Position numbers and translations under genes: made by a program
Notes under the pieces: model-generated
Told to the model about the DNA's origin: nothing
Seen by the model: the letters and a program-made list of their open reading frames with translations, nothing else
The model's database searches: none
Assembly: GCA_035499655.1 (NCBI GenBank)
Contig: DATJYL010000112.1
Span: 2,250 to 66,249 of the forward strand
Source of the DNA: Pirellulales bacterium
Lineage (GTDB): Bacteria > Planctomycetota > Planctomycetia > Pirellulales > JADZDJ01
Reading direction: 5' to 3'
DNA length: 64,000 bases
Shown: piece after piece, positions 63,725-64,000 of the stretch
Position numbering within the stretch: position 1 is the first letter of the stretch
Layout of the letters: each line of letters opens with the position of its first letter

Positions 63725-64000
63725 GGTGGGCAGTGTTTACGGCGACCGGCGGGATGTAATCTCGATACGACAGATACCAAAATCGTGCAACCTCCGGCGA
63801 ATCATAGGTTTAACCGACGGGGGCAACAAGGCGAAGCGAACCGCGGGAATCAGCCGATTGTCGCAGGTATTGGCGCATTGGCAGAGAGGCCAATCGCTTG
63901 ACCCGCTACGGTCGATCATCTAAAGTTGCGGTAGAGAGATGGTCGAAAAGCAGTAGGCGGTTTTTTGGAGTTGGGGCAGGTTTCGGGCAGTTGTTTTTAG

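Noticed and set aside
1-64000. tRNA, rRNA, tmRNA or RNase P genes
   Set aside because: No cloverleaf with T-loop GTTCRA and acceptor stem, and no rRNA or RNase P signature, was recognised by eye in the intergenic regions; a tRNAscan/Infernal run would be definitive.
63725-64000. yybP-ykoY (Mn) riboswitch upstream of terC
   Set aside because: Expected by gene context, but the conserved GGGGAGUAG-type motif is not visible on the minus strand within the window.

Overview
64 kb of a gene-dense, GC-rich (roughly 60%) bacterial chromosome. Gene content points to Planctomycetota, probably Pirellulales (inference). About 57 CDSs are supported. Housekeeping genes include mnmG, trmB, rpsR, queC/queE/queF, lpxB, ispH, hpnC/hpnD/hpnE, a tail-specific protease, a DegP-like protease, a DksA/TraR-family protein and TerC. 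Signalling genes include a histidine kinase with a response regulator, an FHA-GAF-sigma54 activator and a KaiC-like ATPase. Two uncharacterised metabolic clusters are present: a luxDEC-like trio without luciferase, and a 7-gene Fe-ADH / beta-propeller / radical SAM / prenyl synthase / UbiC-like / GT4 run. There is also a low-GC islet (DUF5131 + TcmP + a frameshifted hicB). No rRNA, tRNA, CRISPR array, transposase or integrase was recognised. The most striking unexplained structure is a dispersed family of degenerate 7-bp (occasionally 8-9-bp) tandem arrays at about 18 loci. Most occur as inverted arm pairs of fixed polarity that abut stop and start codons. They also sit in frame inside mnmG and cbiX. 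In one case the two arms bracket an entire low-GC four-helix-bundle (23S rRNA IVS-protein / Avd-like) gene inserted between two operon genes. This suggests a transposase-less, possibly RNA-processed mobile cassette and its empty derivatives (hypothesis). Names come from motif recognition only; no database searches were run, and GC values are hand counts of a few 60-nt lines.
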